From: Paraspadella gotoi
Lineage: Eukaryota; Animalia; Chaetognatha
Direction of reading: 5' to 3'
Assembly (NCBI GenBank): GCA_051294375.1
Contig: CM119271.1
Location: 14,390,770-14,454,769 of the forward strand
Length of the DNA: 64,000 nucleotides
This document shows positions 1 through 12,500 of this stretch, piece by piece; the stretch's first letter is position 1; each line of letters opens with the position of its first letter. The notes beneath the pieces were generated by a model. The model made no database searches and was not told the origin of the DNA. It saw only the letters and a list, made by a program, of their open reading frames with translations. The translations under genes and the position numbers were made by a program.

Positions 1-396
1 CCAGACAATACAATCTGAACAACTTTGTTTCAAATTTTGCGATTGGCAAAAGAAGAGCATTTATTTTAATGTTAGACGGCGAAGCATTTTTATTTCTCAC
101 AAATAAATAAAACCGTAGCCACCACCCGACACTCAGACGAAAATGATATGGGAAAGAACAATAAATTAAACACAATGGCAAGTTCAAAATTAAATTTCAA
201 TAATTGCGATTGAGGGGGTGGAATCGACCAAGCGAATATTCCATTATTTTCCCTCAAAAGTCTATGTTGACCAATGACCATATAACACGTTAAAAAGAAA
301 AGATAAGTAAATCAGCAGATTTTTCGGGGGAGAAAAGGTAAAAAAGAAAAGAGATAAATTAAAAAGTTTATTTATTGCTTTTTTTAAATTGCATTT

Positions 397-3300
397 TCAT
401 TCGCCGTATCTCACTGAATGACTTATCGTCAACCAACCCTCCCAAGAACTCGTCCCCCCCTCCCACCGTACCTGCATCTCCATGACGTCGACTTCTCTTT
501 GGACCAAAGGATCGGGAATTCCCTCTCTCCCGTTTCGAGAGTCGGAGTCCGCCATCGACACCGCCGGCGCCGCTGGAGGAGGCTTCGACTCCTCCTCTTC
601 CTTCTCATTCTCCTCTTCCTTCTCCTCGTCGGATCGACCTCCGAACGGACGACGACATCCGCCGTTCGTCACGGATGTGGTGGGCGTGTCGCCATCGGCG
701 GTCGACGTCGGGCGGCGGCGAAGAAGAAGACGCCGCACCGCGGATTTGAGACTGCTGTTGCTGAAGCGACACCTGTTGCTGCAACAGCTGTTGTCGCTGC
801 GACGGCGGGAGGATGGGAGATTCCTCGAGATCGGCGGAACTTCGAGAGTCGGTCGAGTCCCAAGCGAAACGACGCCCGCTGAAAAATAAAGAGTCAGAAA
901 ATAATATATCTCTCTCTTTCTCTCTCTCTCTCTCTCACTCACCCCTTGACGCGTCCAACGGGCTGGGCGTCGCCGGACGAGGCGGGCGTGGCGCCGTTCA
1001 ACTTCCGGTCTCCTCCGGCGTTGGACGATCCTCCCGAGTTGAAGACGCTGTCGTTCTCGTAAGGACCCAAAGATCTGGACATGAACTTGGCGCTTTTGGT
1101 GACGCGCGGCGATCCGAAGCAGTGCATTGGAGAAGATGCGGACGACGCCGCCGCGCCCATCGGGTAAAAGGACGACGCCGACGCCGGGTGAGGCGCGCCG
1201 GCGGAGCCGGGAACGATGGGCGAGGAAGGAGGGGAATGGGTGACGGAAGGAGTCCGGCGATGATCTTGAGATTTTTTGGAAAAGGGAAAAGGAGAATTAA
1301 GAAGAAAAAATATGAGTCGGTAAGGGGCGAGGGCGAGACTAAGGAAGGGACAAACATCTATGAGGAAAAGTGATAAAGGATAAAGGAGGGTACATAAACA
1401 AAAAAAGTTCCTTACTCGGCAGAGAAACGCTGAGCGAATCCGCGCCGAGGGTGTCGTTCAAACTGGAATGACTCAGCCGATACATTAACTCTTCGTTCTC
1501 CATTGAAATGCGCTTTTTTGCCTGAAAGAATGGAATTAAAATTGAAATCGATTACAATAGAAGGTAATAAACTTAAAGGTTCCCGTCCCTCCTTTCGTCC
1601 TTACCTGCGCCTCCCTGTCTCGCTCGACCCTGAGCTGCTGCTTCTCCTGATGCAGCTGCCTCTCCTGATCCGTCTTGGCCGAGAGCATCGCCGTCAGATC
1701 CTCCACCTTCTGCTCGAGTCGTTGCACCGTCCTTCGAGATTCCATTAACTCTTCCTCCTTCTTGGAGACTTTGTCCAGACGTTGTCGACATTTGCGTATT
1801 TCCTCGTTCTTCATGTCTGGAGAAGACAGGATCAAATAGAAGTGAGAAGCGTTCTTTTTTATCTTTCTCTAAAATCACCATAAATTCCTCACCCAAAACG
1901 ACTTTAAGAGACTCGACCTCTTGGTCGAGGTTCCTGGCTTCGAGGCTGCAGCCGACGGCGGCGTCGACTTTGTCCTTCTTGCGGCGCGAGGCTTCGCCCG
2001 CCCGCCAGAGCGACGACTCGAGGCGGAGATTCTCCCGCTTCTCTTCCTCCACTCGATCCTCGAGCATTTTGTTCTTTCGCGTCTCGATCGAGAGTCTTTG
2101 AGGGGGGGAAGAAGAAAGTCGATAATAATACTGTAGATCATAATAAATATAATAATAAATAATTAATAATAAAACTAACCTCTCGGACACGTCCTGCAAT
2201 TCCTCCTCCATTTCGATCTTGAGCTTTTGTTGTTCCTTCATGTCGTTTTGACACTGTTCCTGTTCTCTGATGCTTCGAATCAAGTCCATCTCCACGCGGC
2301 CCAGCCTTGGGTGGAAGGGAACGTTCTTTGTTAAATACTTTCATCTTTATTGTAAAGTCTAATTAAAACAGTTTAAATTAGCTCATCAGACCAAAACACT
2401 TGCCTCTCTTCAATCTCTAAAATTTGCGCCTCTTTCGCTTTGAGTTCCAGCATGAGCGTCGTCCGAGCCTCCGCCGCCTGAACGCGACTCGCGCCCAGCA
2501 ACGCCCCCAAGTGCTGCGACACGACGGCCAGTCCCATGGCGCAGATGCTAACCATTATAAAATAATAAATTAATCAAATTTTTTAAAATTATTAATTAAT
2601 CAAGAGAGAAGATTAAGAGCTTGGAATTTACCTGTATTTCCTCAATTCGTTCTGCAAGACGCGATTGTCGTGATCGAGTTGATCGTGGGCTTCCGTCGCC
2701 GCCACCGCTTCGGCCTCGAGCTTCACCACCGCTTTCGACTTGGACGACACCAAATCCTGCTGTTGCTGAAGTTCCGTTTCCAGCTGACGAAGGCGCTCTT
2801 CTTTGGCTGGAGGAGGAATAGACATTAATGAATTGACGAAAGTCTCACAAAACTTAATTCGCAAGAAGATTCATAAAGCCTTACTAACCGGCGAGTTCAG
2901 ACTTTGCAGCGGATGCAGAGGCTGCCGCAGTCTTCATCGAGTTGTTGGAGATGGATTTAGGAAGACGAGAGGATCGTCCGTCGCTCGTCGGGGTCGTCGC
3001 CACCTTTTTTGTCGACGCGGAACTGGAAGCGGCGGCTGCGGCGGCGGCGGCGCGAGTCTTTGGTGGCGACGTAGCTCCAATGTTTTCCTTCTGCTCCCTC
3101 GATTTGCTCCAGTCTCCCTCCTTCGTCGACCGAATGTTGTCCTTTTGTTGCTCCTTAAGTCGACGGGATGTTTTGGAGGCGGCTGGAGCGGAAGAGGCCA
3201 CCGTCTCGGACCGCTGCGCAGTGATGCGAGGTCGCTGGATACAGGACGTTCAAAAATTATTATCATGAATACTTAAAGAATAGAAACCTATGTACCTCCT

Positions 3301-4537
3301 CCGTAGGAGTTTTCTGCCCCTTCACCCCCGAAGTGGAACTTTTCGATGAGGCCTCCGAGAGAGCGGGACTCGCGGGACGCCTCCCCGCTGCACCCACAGA
3401 CTTGGAGGGACTGCCAGGTCGCTGCGTCGGCAAAGACCGACCCTTGGCTTGACTAGAAGCACCAAATAATGACTTTCCGTTCGCTGAGGGCGCCGTAGAC
3501 GCGGCGGTGGCGCCGACGGCTCGACGATTCAACCCGGGCGTCGCTCGTGGACTCCGCGCCGAGGATTTATGTCCGGCCGCCGCCCGAGCGCCTGTAGACG
3601 CCGGCTTAGGCTCGGCCGATGCTGAAGCAGTGCGTCGAAACGATGGCGTTGACGGGACATTTGTCGCCCCGGCCCCGGTTCGACTGGAGAGACGAGTCGA
3701 GCGCGAAAACTTTTTAGGTTCCTCAGTCGAGGCCGGCGTCGCTTTAGTCGTCCCGGCGGCGTCATTCGTTTTTCCCTCGATCGATGCCGTTTTTCTCGCA
3801 GTCGGCGCTTTGATCGAGCGCCTCGTAACCGCGCCGCTCGCGGAGGCGCTCGCCGCTCCGCCGGGCCGCTTTTTCGGAGCGGACGATCGACATTCTTCCT
3901 TCTTGGGTTCTTCCGCAGCTGCGTTCATCGAGGTAGAATCGTGGTTTTGCTCCGAATCGGCAGAGGAGATCGTCGCCGCCGAAAGATCGAGCGCTTCCGG
4001 TTTAGACTCTGATTCCGTGCCGGCGTCGTCGTCAGTTTCGTCGCCGCCATCGGCAGCGGCGTCGTCGTCTCTCAGCACTACGTCCGGCAGTAGCTGCAGA
4101 GACGACGCCGCCGAGGGAGGCGCGTCGTCTAATCCGGCGTCGTTTTCGTCGTCACCGCGGTGGATCGGCGCTGGGTCAGCCTCGGCGTGGGCCCGAGCCT
4201 CGTTCGGCGTCGAATTCGTGGACGTCATGAGGAAGGCGGCTTGCGCGGTGGCGGCGACGTCGGGGAGAGGGGAGGACATGGGATTGGAGGAGGTCGGGGA
4301 GGAGGAGGAGGAGGAGTGGGAGACCCGGCGTCGAATGGATGGGATCTTGGAACGAGGAAGTTTCTCCACAATTTCCTCGCCGTCGTCTTTGCGGGCGGCG
4401 ACGGTTGATCCGCTCAAGGATGACGCCGCCGTCACCTCGGCGTTGGCCTCGTGATAGGCGGCGGCGTTATCGCCGGCGACAGCGGGTGCCGGCGCGGCAT
4501 TTCCATGTGGGGACGTTGCGCCGTCGCAGGAGTCCAT
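397..4537 (-). CDS. Multi-exon MTUS1/MTUS2/CCDC69-family microtubule-associated coiled-coil protein
   Basis: A long S/A/P/K-rich first exon (ORF 3263..4537) is followed by short coiled-coil exons. The spliced C-terminal part reads DQEVESLKVVL|DMKNEEIRKCRQRL...ERDREAQ|AKKRISMENEELMYRL, which matches the recalled MTUS1 motif QELESLKAVLEIKNE...KRLSMENEELLWKL. GLAVVSQHL resembles ALTVVIQHL. The 3' end is uncertain (possible donor near 470). Confidence 0.7.
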
Positions 4538-5428
4538 CGGAAAAATAAGAAGAAAGAGGACGGTTGCGGATTCAAAATTATTTTCTCATTATTTTACATT
4601 AATTTTATTTGCGACTTTTTTTATTTCTAACTTTTATCGTAGTGGCCGTTGATTATAAATAGATTCGCGTGCAAAAGTGTAAGAAGACTAGCATTGACGT
4701 AATCGTGACAAAGTGTCATTTAAAACTGGTGAACGTGTTTGTTTGGACGCTGGCTCGTTAAGATGTATATGCCGCTCTCGAGTGTCGGTGTAAAAGTTGA
4801 GGAGAACCCCTCAAAAAATGTAGTTTTTATTAAAAAAAAAAGAAGAAAATACTGGATGGAAGCTGACTGTTCCCTGGATGAAGTTTTTTATCTTTTTGGA
4901 ACTGAAAAACAAAAAAAAAACAACGAATAATAAAAAATATCAAAACTTTAACAAATGTAGATTCAATCTAAAAATAAAAATGATTGAGAGATCAATTTGA
5001 TCAAGAGGCGAGAGAATCGGAGGAAAGTCCGACCGGCGGACAAGTGAATGAGTGGCGTTGGGTCGGCGTCAGACGAGAGCGAGAAAATCGAGTCTCAAAA
5101 TTCGAGGCAGATTGAGGGAGATGAAAGCAGCAAGAGCAAGAGTCGAGACGAGAGAGAACTTTGCAACCCTGGAGGGAAACGAAATAAATTTTTATTAAAA
5201 AGAAAATTTTAGAAAATATTCAAAGGTTAATGTATGGAAGACGAACCTTGAAAGAAATAAAAACGAAGCGTTGAATCGGTCGAGATGTAAAAAAAAACAC
5301 GAAAGTCTCTCGATCCAAAGGTAAACTTTCTTTTTTCTCTCAAAAATTTACATTTTCGGAACTTAAAAGTAATTATGGTTAATGAATTTGAATATTAAGG
5401 TAAAATAAAAAACGTTAAAATTAAAGAT

Positions 5429-5683
5429 TGTGGCGGTATATTCACACCGCCTCACGTCCACCATCCTTCAGCCAAATCCATTGGCTCAGAGGGGGAACAC
5501 ACCATCCCAGGCGTAGTGTTCCATCCACAGTCCTAACGACTTCCCTCTGCGTTGGCAAAGCGAGACCGTCCTAGGGTAACCGCGCCAGTGACTGGAGGCG
5601 TCACTGAGGGTCGGAAGCCCCCAAAGCCAACAGTGAAATGCCCCATCCCAATGGACATCACAGGCAACCCGGCTGTTGCCATA
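5429..5683. mobile_element. 255-bp GC-rich insertion with TGTGGC...GCCATA ends and 4-bp TSD AGAT (solo-LTR or Ginger-like MITE)
   Basis: Abrupt GC island in AT-rich intergenic DNA. AGAT occurs at 5425-5428 and 5684-5687. The ends are imperfectly inverted and there are several internal hairpins. Confidence 0.5.
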
Positions 5684-6432
5684 AGATAACTAAATATTTT
5701 TATTTAAATCGATTTTAAACAAATGATAATCGTGCTAATTAAAAAGGTATCCCTGAAAATGTAAACCCTGATTTCCGAGCGGTTCCGTTCGCTCGTCCTA
5801 AATCGTTCGGTTAACGAGTCATCCATCGGGGGATATCCCCGTCTTTGTTGTTTTTCATTGTCGTATTATCGATGGAAAAAGTGAGGAAACGTTTATCCCG
5901 CGTGGTTCGTCGCACGACGAATGTCGCTGATGACATCTCCGTTCAAGCATCGTAAACAATCCATCTTAATTCTTTACACTTGTCGTTTGTAATTATAAAT
6001 GATTTAAATCTTTTAAATCTTAAATATGCCTACGTTAATTCGATAATCAATATTAATCCGGCGTACGCCGCTTCGATGAAAAAAAATATCTTTAATTGTA
6101 TTTTTCGGATTGCTCACCATGTTCGAACAAGCTTTGAGTTTTCTGACGAATGTGTAATGCGCAATAAACAAATCGGTCGCAAAAAAAGTAGAACGATTGC
6201 AAAAACTAGTTTTTCTCTTCACCGAAAGAAATTAATAAATTATTTTTTTTTTGTTCAAAATGAACCGTGGCGCAAGAAATTCATTTACCTACCAGCTTGG
6301 CTTAGAAAAAGTTAATTCTTTTTTAACCTTAAGAGAACGGACTATCATTTCTAATTCTAATAACAAATTCTAAGCTAACCTAACAAGGATTTAAATCAAT
6401 AGAAAGTAGCCAAAAAATTTTTGCGCCACGGT

Positions 6433-6436
<4 letters not shown>

Positions 6437-6488
<52 letters not shown>
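6437..6488. repeat. (CT)n microsatellite
   Basis: Directly visible dinucleotide run just past the stop codon of the exonuclease-like gene. Confidence 0.95.
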
Positions 6489-6492
<4 letters not shown>

Positions 6493-6510
6493 CGTCAACG
6501 CCTCTCACTC

Positions 6511-9500
6511 TTATTTCTTCTTTTTCTTCTTCTTCTTCTCCGACAATTCCTTCAAGGCGAGAGTGACGGCCTCGGCGTCCTCTGGTCCGAACTTCAAGTT
6601 GCTGGCGATCTGCGCCGCCACCGTCTTCTTCATCTTTTTATTACGTTTGGCCTCCTTGGCCTCTTTGGACTTCTTGGTCTTTTTTGGCGGGGATTGTGGC
6701 TTCTCGGGGACGACCCTTCCACCGATGAGCCGAGTCTTGATGGGAGCGATGACGATCTTCCTCCCGTCGCTCGTCGACGCCCGGGGTTCGGTCGTTCTCG
6801 CGGGAATTTTCGAGTCATTTTTTACGCTCGCGTCGCTTTCATCGATTTTCCCTTTTTTCTCTTTCTTTTCTTTTTTCTCCTTTTTATCCTTTTTCATCGC
6901 GTCCTTTTTCCCTTTGTCTCCTTTGGCTTTTTCTTTATCGTCGTTCTCGTTCTCAACCGGCGTTTCGGTACTCTCGATCATGTCGTAATAACTCTGGTAC
7001 TTCAAGTTGAAATCCTCGTCGCTGTCATAACCGGCCTCGTCGAGATAGAATCCGTAGTCTCCTCCGAGACGAGGCAATGGTTTATCCTTTTCCTTCTCCC
7101 TCCCTTGGCTAGACTCCTTCGACTCTTCCCGGCGCCTCGTTTTGGAGTCGAAAAAGTGACGATCGCCGTAGTCGTCGTCTTCCCAATAACTTCGTCGCTT
7201 TGGCGACGGATGCCGAGGAAGTCGACGGGCGTCCGCGTCGCCATGACGACGGTCTTCTATGGAGCGTCGGGTGGTCGAGGCTCGGCGATCGTCTTCCCAG
7301 AAGCGGCCGAAGGAATGATAATCTCGAGAGGAAGGAGTCGGCGCGGGCGGATAACGGGACGCCGGATCAGGAGCGTCTCTGGCGCGTCGGAAGTTCGCGT
7401 CTCTCGACGAGGATGTCGAGTGTCCCCTGGAGTCATTCCTCGATGATCTAGTATCCCTCGAATCCCTCGTGTCTCGCCGATAAGATGCCCATCGACCCCG
7501 ATCGAACCCAGGTCTGGCACCGAAACGCGACGGCGACCAGCGGCGTCGCGGGGCGGGTTTCTCTTCTTGCAGACCCAAGACAGTGATGAAGATGGGCCAA
7601 TCCCCGAAGCCGCCGTTGCGGATGTCGCCGATGAGTCCAGACAGAGCCTTGTCGACGGGAGAGACGCCGTCGTCGTTCGTCGAAGATGCTGAAGCGCCAT
7701 GCGCGGGCGTCGGTTGGGAATGAAACTCGGCGACGAGCTTCTGCAGCATTGATTCTTTCTTCGGTTGACTCTTTCGTCCGAAGCGACCGAATTTCCCGCC
7801 CCGTGCATCGTGTCGAGGCTTCGGCAGCGTCGCCACGTGCGACTTGCCCTTGTCCTCCTCATCGAGTCGCTTCCGCTCTTCCTCTAGTTGAAGCAGACGA
7901 AGTTTCGTGGTCGAACACAAAAATACTTTTTGCGTCGAATCTTCGGTTTTATCTTCATCGTCGCCATCTTCATCTTCCTCACCCGCCTCCTCTAGCTCTC
8001 CTACTTTCTCTCCCTCCCCTCCCTTCGTCCTCTCCTCCTCGTCCTTTTTCCTCAACTCCTCTCTCCTCTTCATCACCGACTCCTTCTGCTTCTGCGCCTC
8101 CTCATCGCTCAGCACCTCCCCGTCCTCGAAGTCGTCCGTGTCCACCTCGTTGTCCACCTTCGGAGGCGATGGCGGTCGAGGAGGCGGTGGAGGTGGAGGC
8201 GGGTTGAGGATCGGGAGGATGGAGTCGAGGTCCAGGGCGGAGTAGGACTTGAGGTCGCACTGAATCATTCTAAGGCACATAAAGATTTCCAGGGAGGCAT
8301 AAGAGAGAGTCGCGGCGTGAGTTTTTTGAGCCTGAAATCGGAGAAATAAAAGAAGTCAAGAAATAAAAGATTTGATGAGCAACTCCGTCAAATATTCCAA
8401 AACTAACCTTGCTCAAAGGAAAGGCACTCCACGAAGTCGACTGGTACTTCTTGAGTTTAGGAATAGACATCCCGTCCAAGAGGACCTCGACCAGCTTGCG
8501 CACAGGCCAAGGGCCGAAGGTGGCAGGGGCTCCGAGAACTTCGACTGAGAGATCGAGGAGGTCGGCGGTCGAGGACTCGACGATCTCCTCGGCGGAGAGG
8601 AGACGATAATCGCGCCCGAGTTTGCGGAGAAACTCTTGGACGCCGTGGCCGACCTGCATAGAGGAAAAGGAGGCGCCAATTTCAAATCTTTGTTTCGATG
8701 AGAATACTTACGACACGATCCAATCCAAACAAAAATTCACAAAAACTAACTGTCGTTAACTCGTGAACCGAAGGAACAAGAAAGAAAGAAAGATACCGAA
8801 TTCATAAAGCAGTTACCTTCACAAATCTTCACAAAGCACTTACCTTCACAAATCTCTTATCTTCCAAAATCTTTCTTAGGGACAACGGAATCCCCGGAGG
8901 ATTCATGTTCGAGAGATGAAAGAGGTAACACCTAAACAATAACCAAACATTCATGCTTGTTTAAATATATATTACTACTTGGCAATTGTACAATGTACAT
9001 TGTACATGTACTACTCGATATACAATATAATTTCTTCGATAATTATCCAACCTGTCGGAGGAGACGCAGAGTGAGAGCAGAGAGACCTTGTTTTCTGGAT
9101 AACCCTTCAACAGCTGAGGCGTCCACTCGCAATGCAAACCCGCATAGGCGGGCAGAGGCGCGTAAGACTCCAGCATATGATTGAGATCCTTCATGATGCG
9201 CTGACAGTACCAATCCACGTCGTTTCGATTTCCGCAGTAAATGACTAAACCCTGAAAGTTGAAAGCGGGCGTTCCGTCCTCGAGCCTGAAGGGGCACTGC
9301 GACAAGAAGGCGTGCTGAGGATGCGGAGCCCTCGGCGGTCGACCCTCGATCTCTACTTTCTGCGAGGTGAGCTTCGCCAAGGCCTCCCGCGCCTCTCGCT
9401 CTTTCTCCGCCCGCAACATCTCGTCGGTGACTTCGCCCTCTTCCACTTCCTCCGCCGAAGACTTCGCCGACGTTTCCTCCTCTCTCGGCCGCTCTTCCTC

Positions 9501-12500
9501 GTTCCTCTCTTCCACCTCCTCCTCCTCCTCCTCCAATTTTCGCGCCAAAAAGTTTTGACTGAGAAGGAGTTCTTTTTCCCAAACGTCGTCGGCGTCGAAG
9601 TCCTGCGCCTCTTCCTCCTCGTCGACGGCGTTCTCCCAGGCTTCGATGTCGTCGACGACCGTGAAGTGCTTCGTCGACTCGTCTTCAACAGAAGCCGAGA
9701 CGGCGGAGTCTGGGACGCCGTGAGCTTTGGGATTGTTCCTGGGTGGAAACAAATGTTTAGTCGATCAGACTCGATTAAATCTGTAAAAGACCCTGCTACG
9801 AACCAACCTCATCTGCGAAGCCAATGAGCTCGAATCAGTCCCCGCCGAGTCGGTCTTCAACGACCACCTCTCCCCGTCCCAATACCAGTTGAGCCCCTGT
9901 TGTCGGCCGGCGTCGACTGGTATCGAAGAGTGGGCGGCGGTATAGCGGACGTGACCCGAACTAAGAGCGCCGCCCGACGTCCACGAGGTGAATCCAGTGC
10001 GCAGGATCTTTGACTGGCGCATCTTTGCCTCTTGTCGCTCGCGGTAAAAAGGGTCATTCATGAGCCTCTCCTTATCGGCGGGGCGGCGGTGAGTGATACC
10101 CGTCCCGCTGTAATCACGAAAATCGAAATCCTTCCTCCCCGGGACGTCGTTGGTTGCAGCCGCTTCGAAGGCGTAGGGTCCCCGCGCAATCTCACGTTCC
10201 AGTTCTAGCATCTCTTTGGTCACGTTGGTGATCTCTATATTCTTGGGCGTGGGCTTTTTACTAGTCTTATAGTCCTTCTGCAAGGGAACGCCGTCGTCGC
10301 CGTCCTTGTCGCCTTTCCAAAAGTCGGGGTCCATTTCTGGATCGAGATCGTCGAAAGGGCCGTAGGGTTTGTCGGGCGGAGCGATGCTGCCTGCGAGAAA
10401 GAGAAGGAAGCAATCGCTCGATATCGACATTTCCCAATGTTTCATCAATTCCTAAGAGTCGGAGCATCTCCTTACCTTCTCTATAATTCCTATCTTTCTT
10501 CCAATCCTCCCAATTCTGCGGCAGAAGCTTCAGTCGCTCCGCTTGCTTTCTCAGCTTCTTCTTCCTCTCCCTCTTTAATCTCTTCCTCTCCTTCCTCGCC
10601 GCCTTCTCCTTCTTCTCCTTCTCGGTGAGGCCTTCCTCCGCCGAGTCCTCGCTCGCCGAATCCGCCTCGAAGATCCACGACGTCTGAATCTGACGTTTGT
10701 TGGTCACTAGCGCCAATTTTCCCGCCCACTCCGCCCACGCGGACAAATCCTGAAAATTGTATTGCAAATTGTAACTTCGTATGTTCGCCATATTATTACA
10801 AAATTAAATTAGGACTGACAAACATCCCCTGACCTGACTCGGGCGAGGATCGTATCCTTTTCGCGACCGCTTTTTCTCTTTTTTAGTCTTGGGTTCGTCA
10901 GCGGCGACGACGGCCCAATTCTCGCGCCGCCAGGGAACCAACGCGGTTGAGCGCCAATCTTTTTTCGCCTCGGCGTCTTCGTCGTCGTCCCCGTCGGACA
11001 GCACGCTCTCCAAACTCTTGGCGCGCTTTCGACGCCGCTTCTCGTGACGCCGATCCGACGGCGGCGGGACGCGAAAGGGCGAAGGTCTTCGTTCGGCGTC
11101 ACGACGTCGCTCTTCGGCATCTCGGCGTCCATCGTCGCGGCGTTTTTCCCCGCCTCCGCGGCGACTTCCGGTTCGAGAGTCTTTACGTTCTCGGTCGCTG
11201 TCGTCGTCGTCGTCGTCGGACAAGACGCTTTCAAAACTCCGCGCTCTTTTGCTTCTTTTCTCTCGGCGATCGTGGAAGGGGATCGGAGCAGGAAAACGAA
11301 ACTCGTCTCTCTCTCTCGTGTCTCTATCTCTCTCGACCAAGAGCCGCTTTTCCCGTCGATCGTCTTCATCGTCGGAAAAGACGCTCTCCAAACTCTTTGC
11401 CCTTTTACTTCGTTTCTCTCTCGCTCTTCTTATATCGTCCTTTTTCATCGGCAAAGGGGCGACGAAAGAAGAGAGTTTGAGCGAGGGTTTGTTCACTTTT
11501 GGCATCTCCGAAGCTTTGGGCACCTCCAATGCTCCATCGATCGAGTTCTCATTGTCGTCGCCCTTTGCGTCGAGACTTCGCGCTCTCTTTCCCCGAGATA
11601 CGCCGGTCGACGTTTCACCAATTTCTTCGGTCGATAATTTTTCAGAAGCTTCGTTGTCATGTTCGTGTTTATCCTTCATTCCTTCTTTGTCCTCACTTTC
11701 TAATCGCGTCTCCTTTCCGTCTTCTTCATCGTTTTCTTTTTCAAGAGACTTAACGCAATCGTTATCGCTTCGATGGTTTTTCGTCGATGATTCGTCGATT
11801 GTTTCTTGGTTCGTTTCTAGATCATTATCCTCGTTTTTCTCATCGCTCACTTCATTTTGATCATCCCCTATATTATCTTCTATTTCAATATTAATTTCTT
11901 TATTCATATCCTCTTCGTCTTGGAGCATTTCGTCTTCTCCTTTACTGACAATCAAAGCCTCTTCTCTCTCTTCGACGATCGAATCTTTCCCCTCGTCTCC
12001 CATCTCCTCCGCGTTCTTATCCTCAACCTCATCGGCGTTAAGCTCGGGACGGACGTCTTGCAACCAAGCCAGGATATTCCCTTGTTTTTCTACATCTTCC
12101 TCGCTTTTCCCTTTTTTTTCTTTTTTTCTTTCTTTGTCCTTGCTTCTTCCTTTATCCTTTCTTTCCTTGTCCTTGCTCCTTTCCTTCTCTTTCCTTTTCG
12201 ATTCCGCGCCGCCATTCGAACTTCGATCTCGCCTTTCCTCGCTCCTTCCCATTTTCACTTCGCCAGCGCCTCGCGGTCGTCCACCCATTAGCCTTTCATT
12301 TTCTTTCTTTGCTCGATAGTCGACGCCTTTTTCATTCCTCTCCCTTCTTTCTTCCCTCTCCCTTCTCACTTCCCCGTCTCTTCTCCCTTCACCATCTCCT
12401 CCTTTCCCTCTCTCGCCCATCGACCCCCTGTTCGAATCGACGGCACGGTGCGTCCGACTCTGGTCCCTCTTTCCCTCGCTATCCCTCCCTCTAATCCCCA

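Noticed and set aside
3507-4454. Long plus-strand ORFs here and at 6421-7446 and 10947-14130
   Set aside because: Antisense to low-complexity coding exons. Stop-poor reverse frames are expected at this composition.
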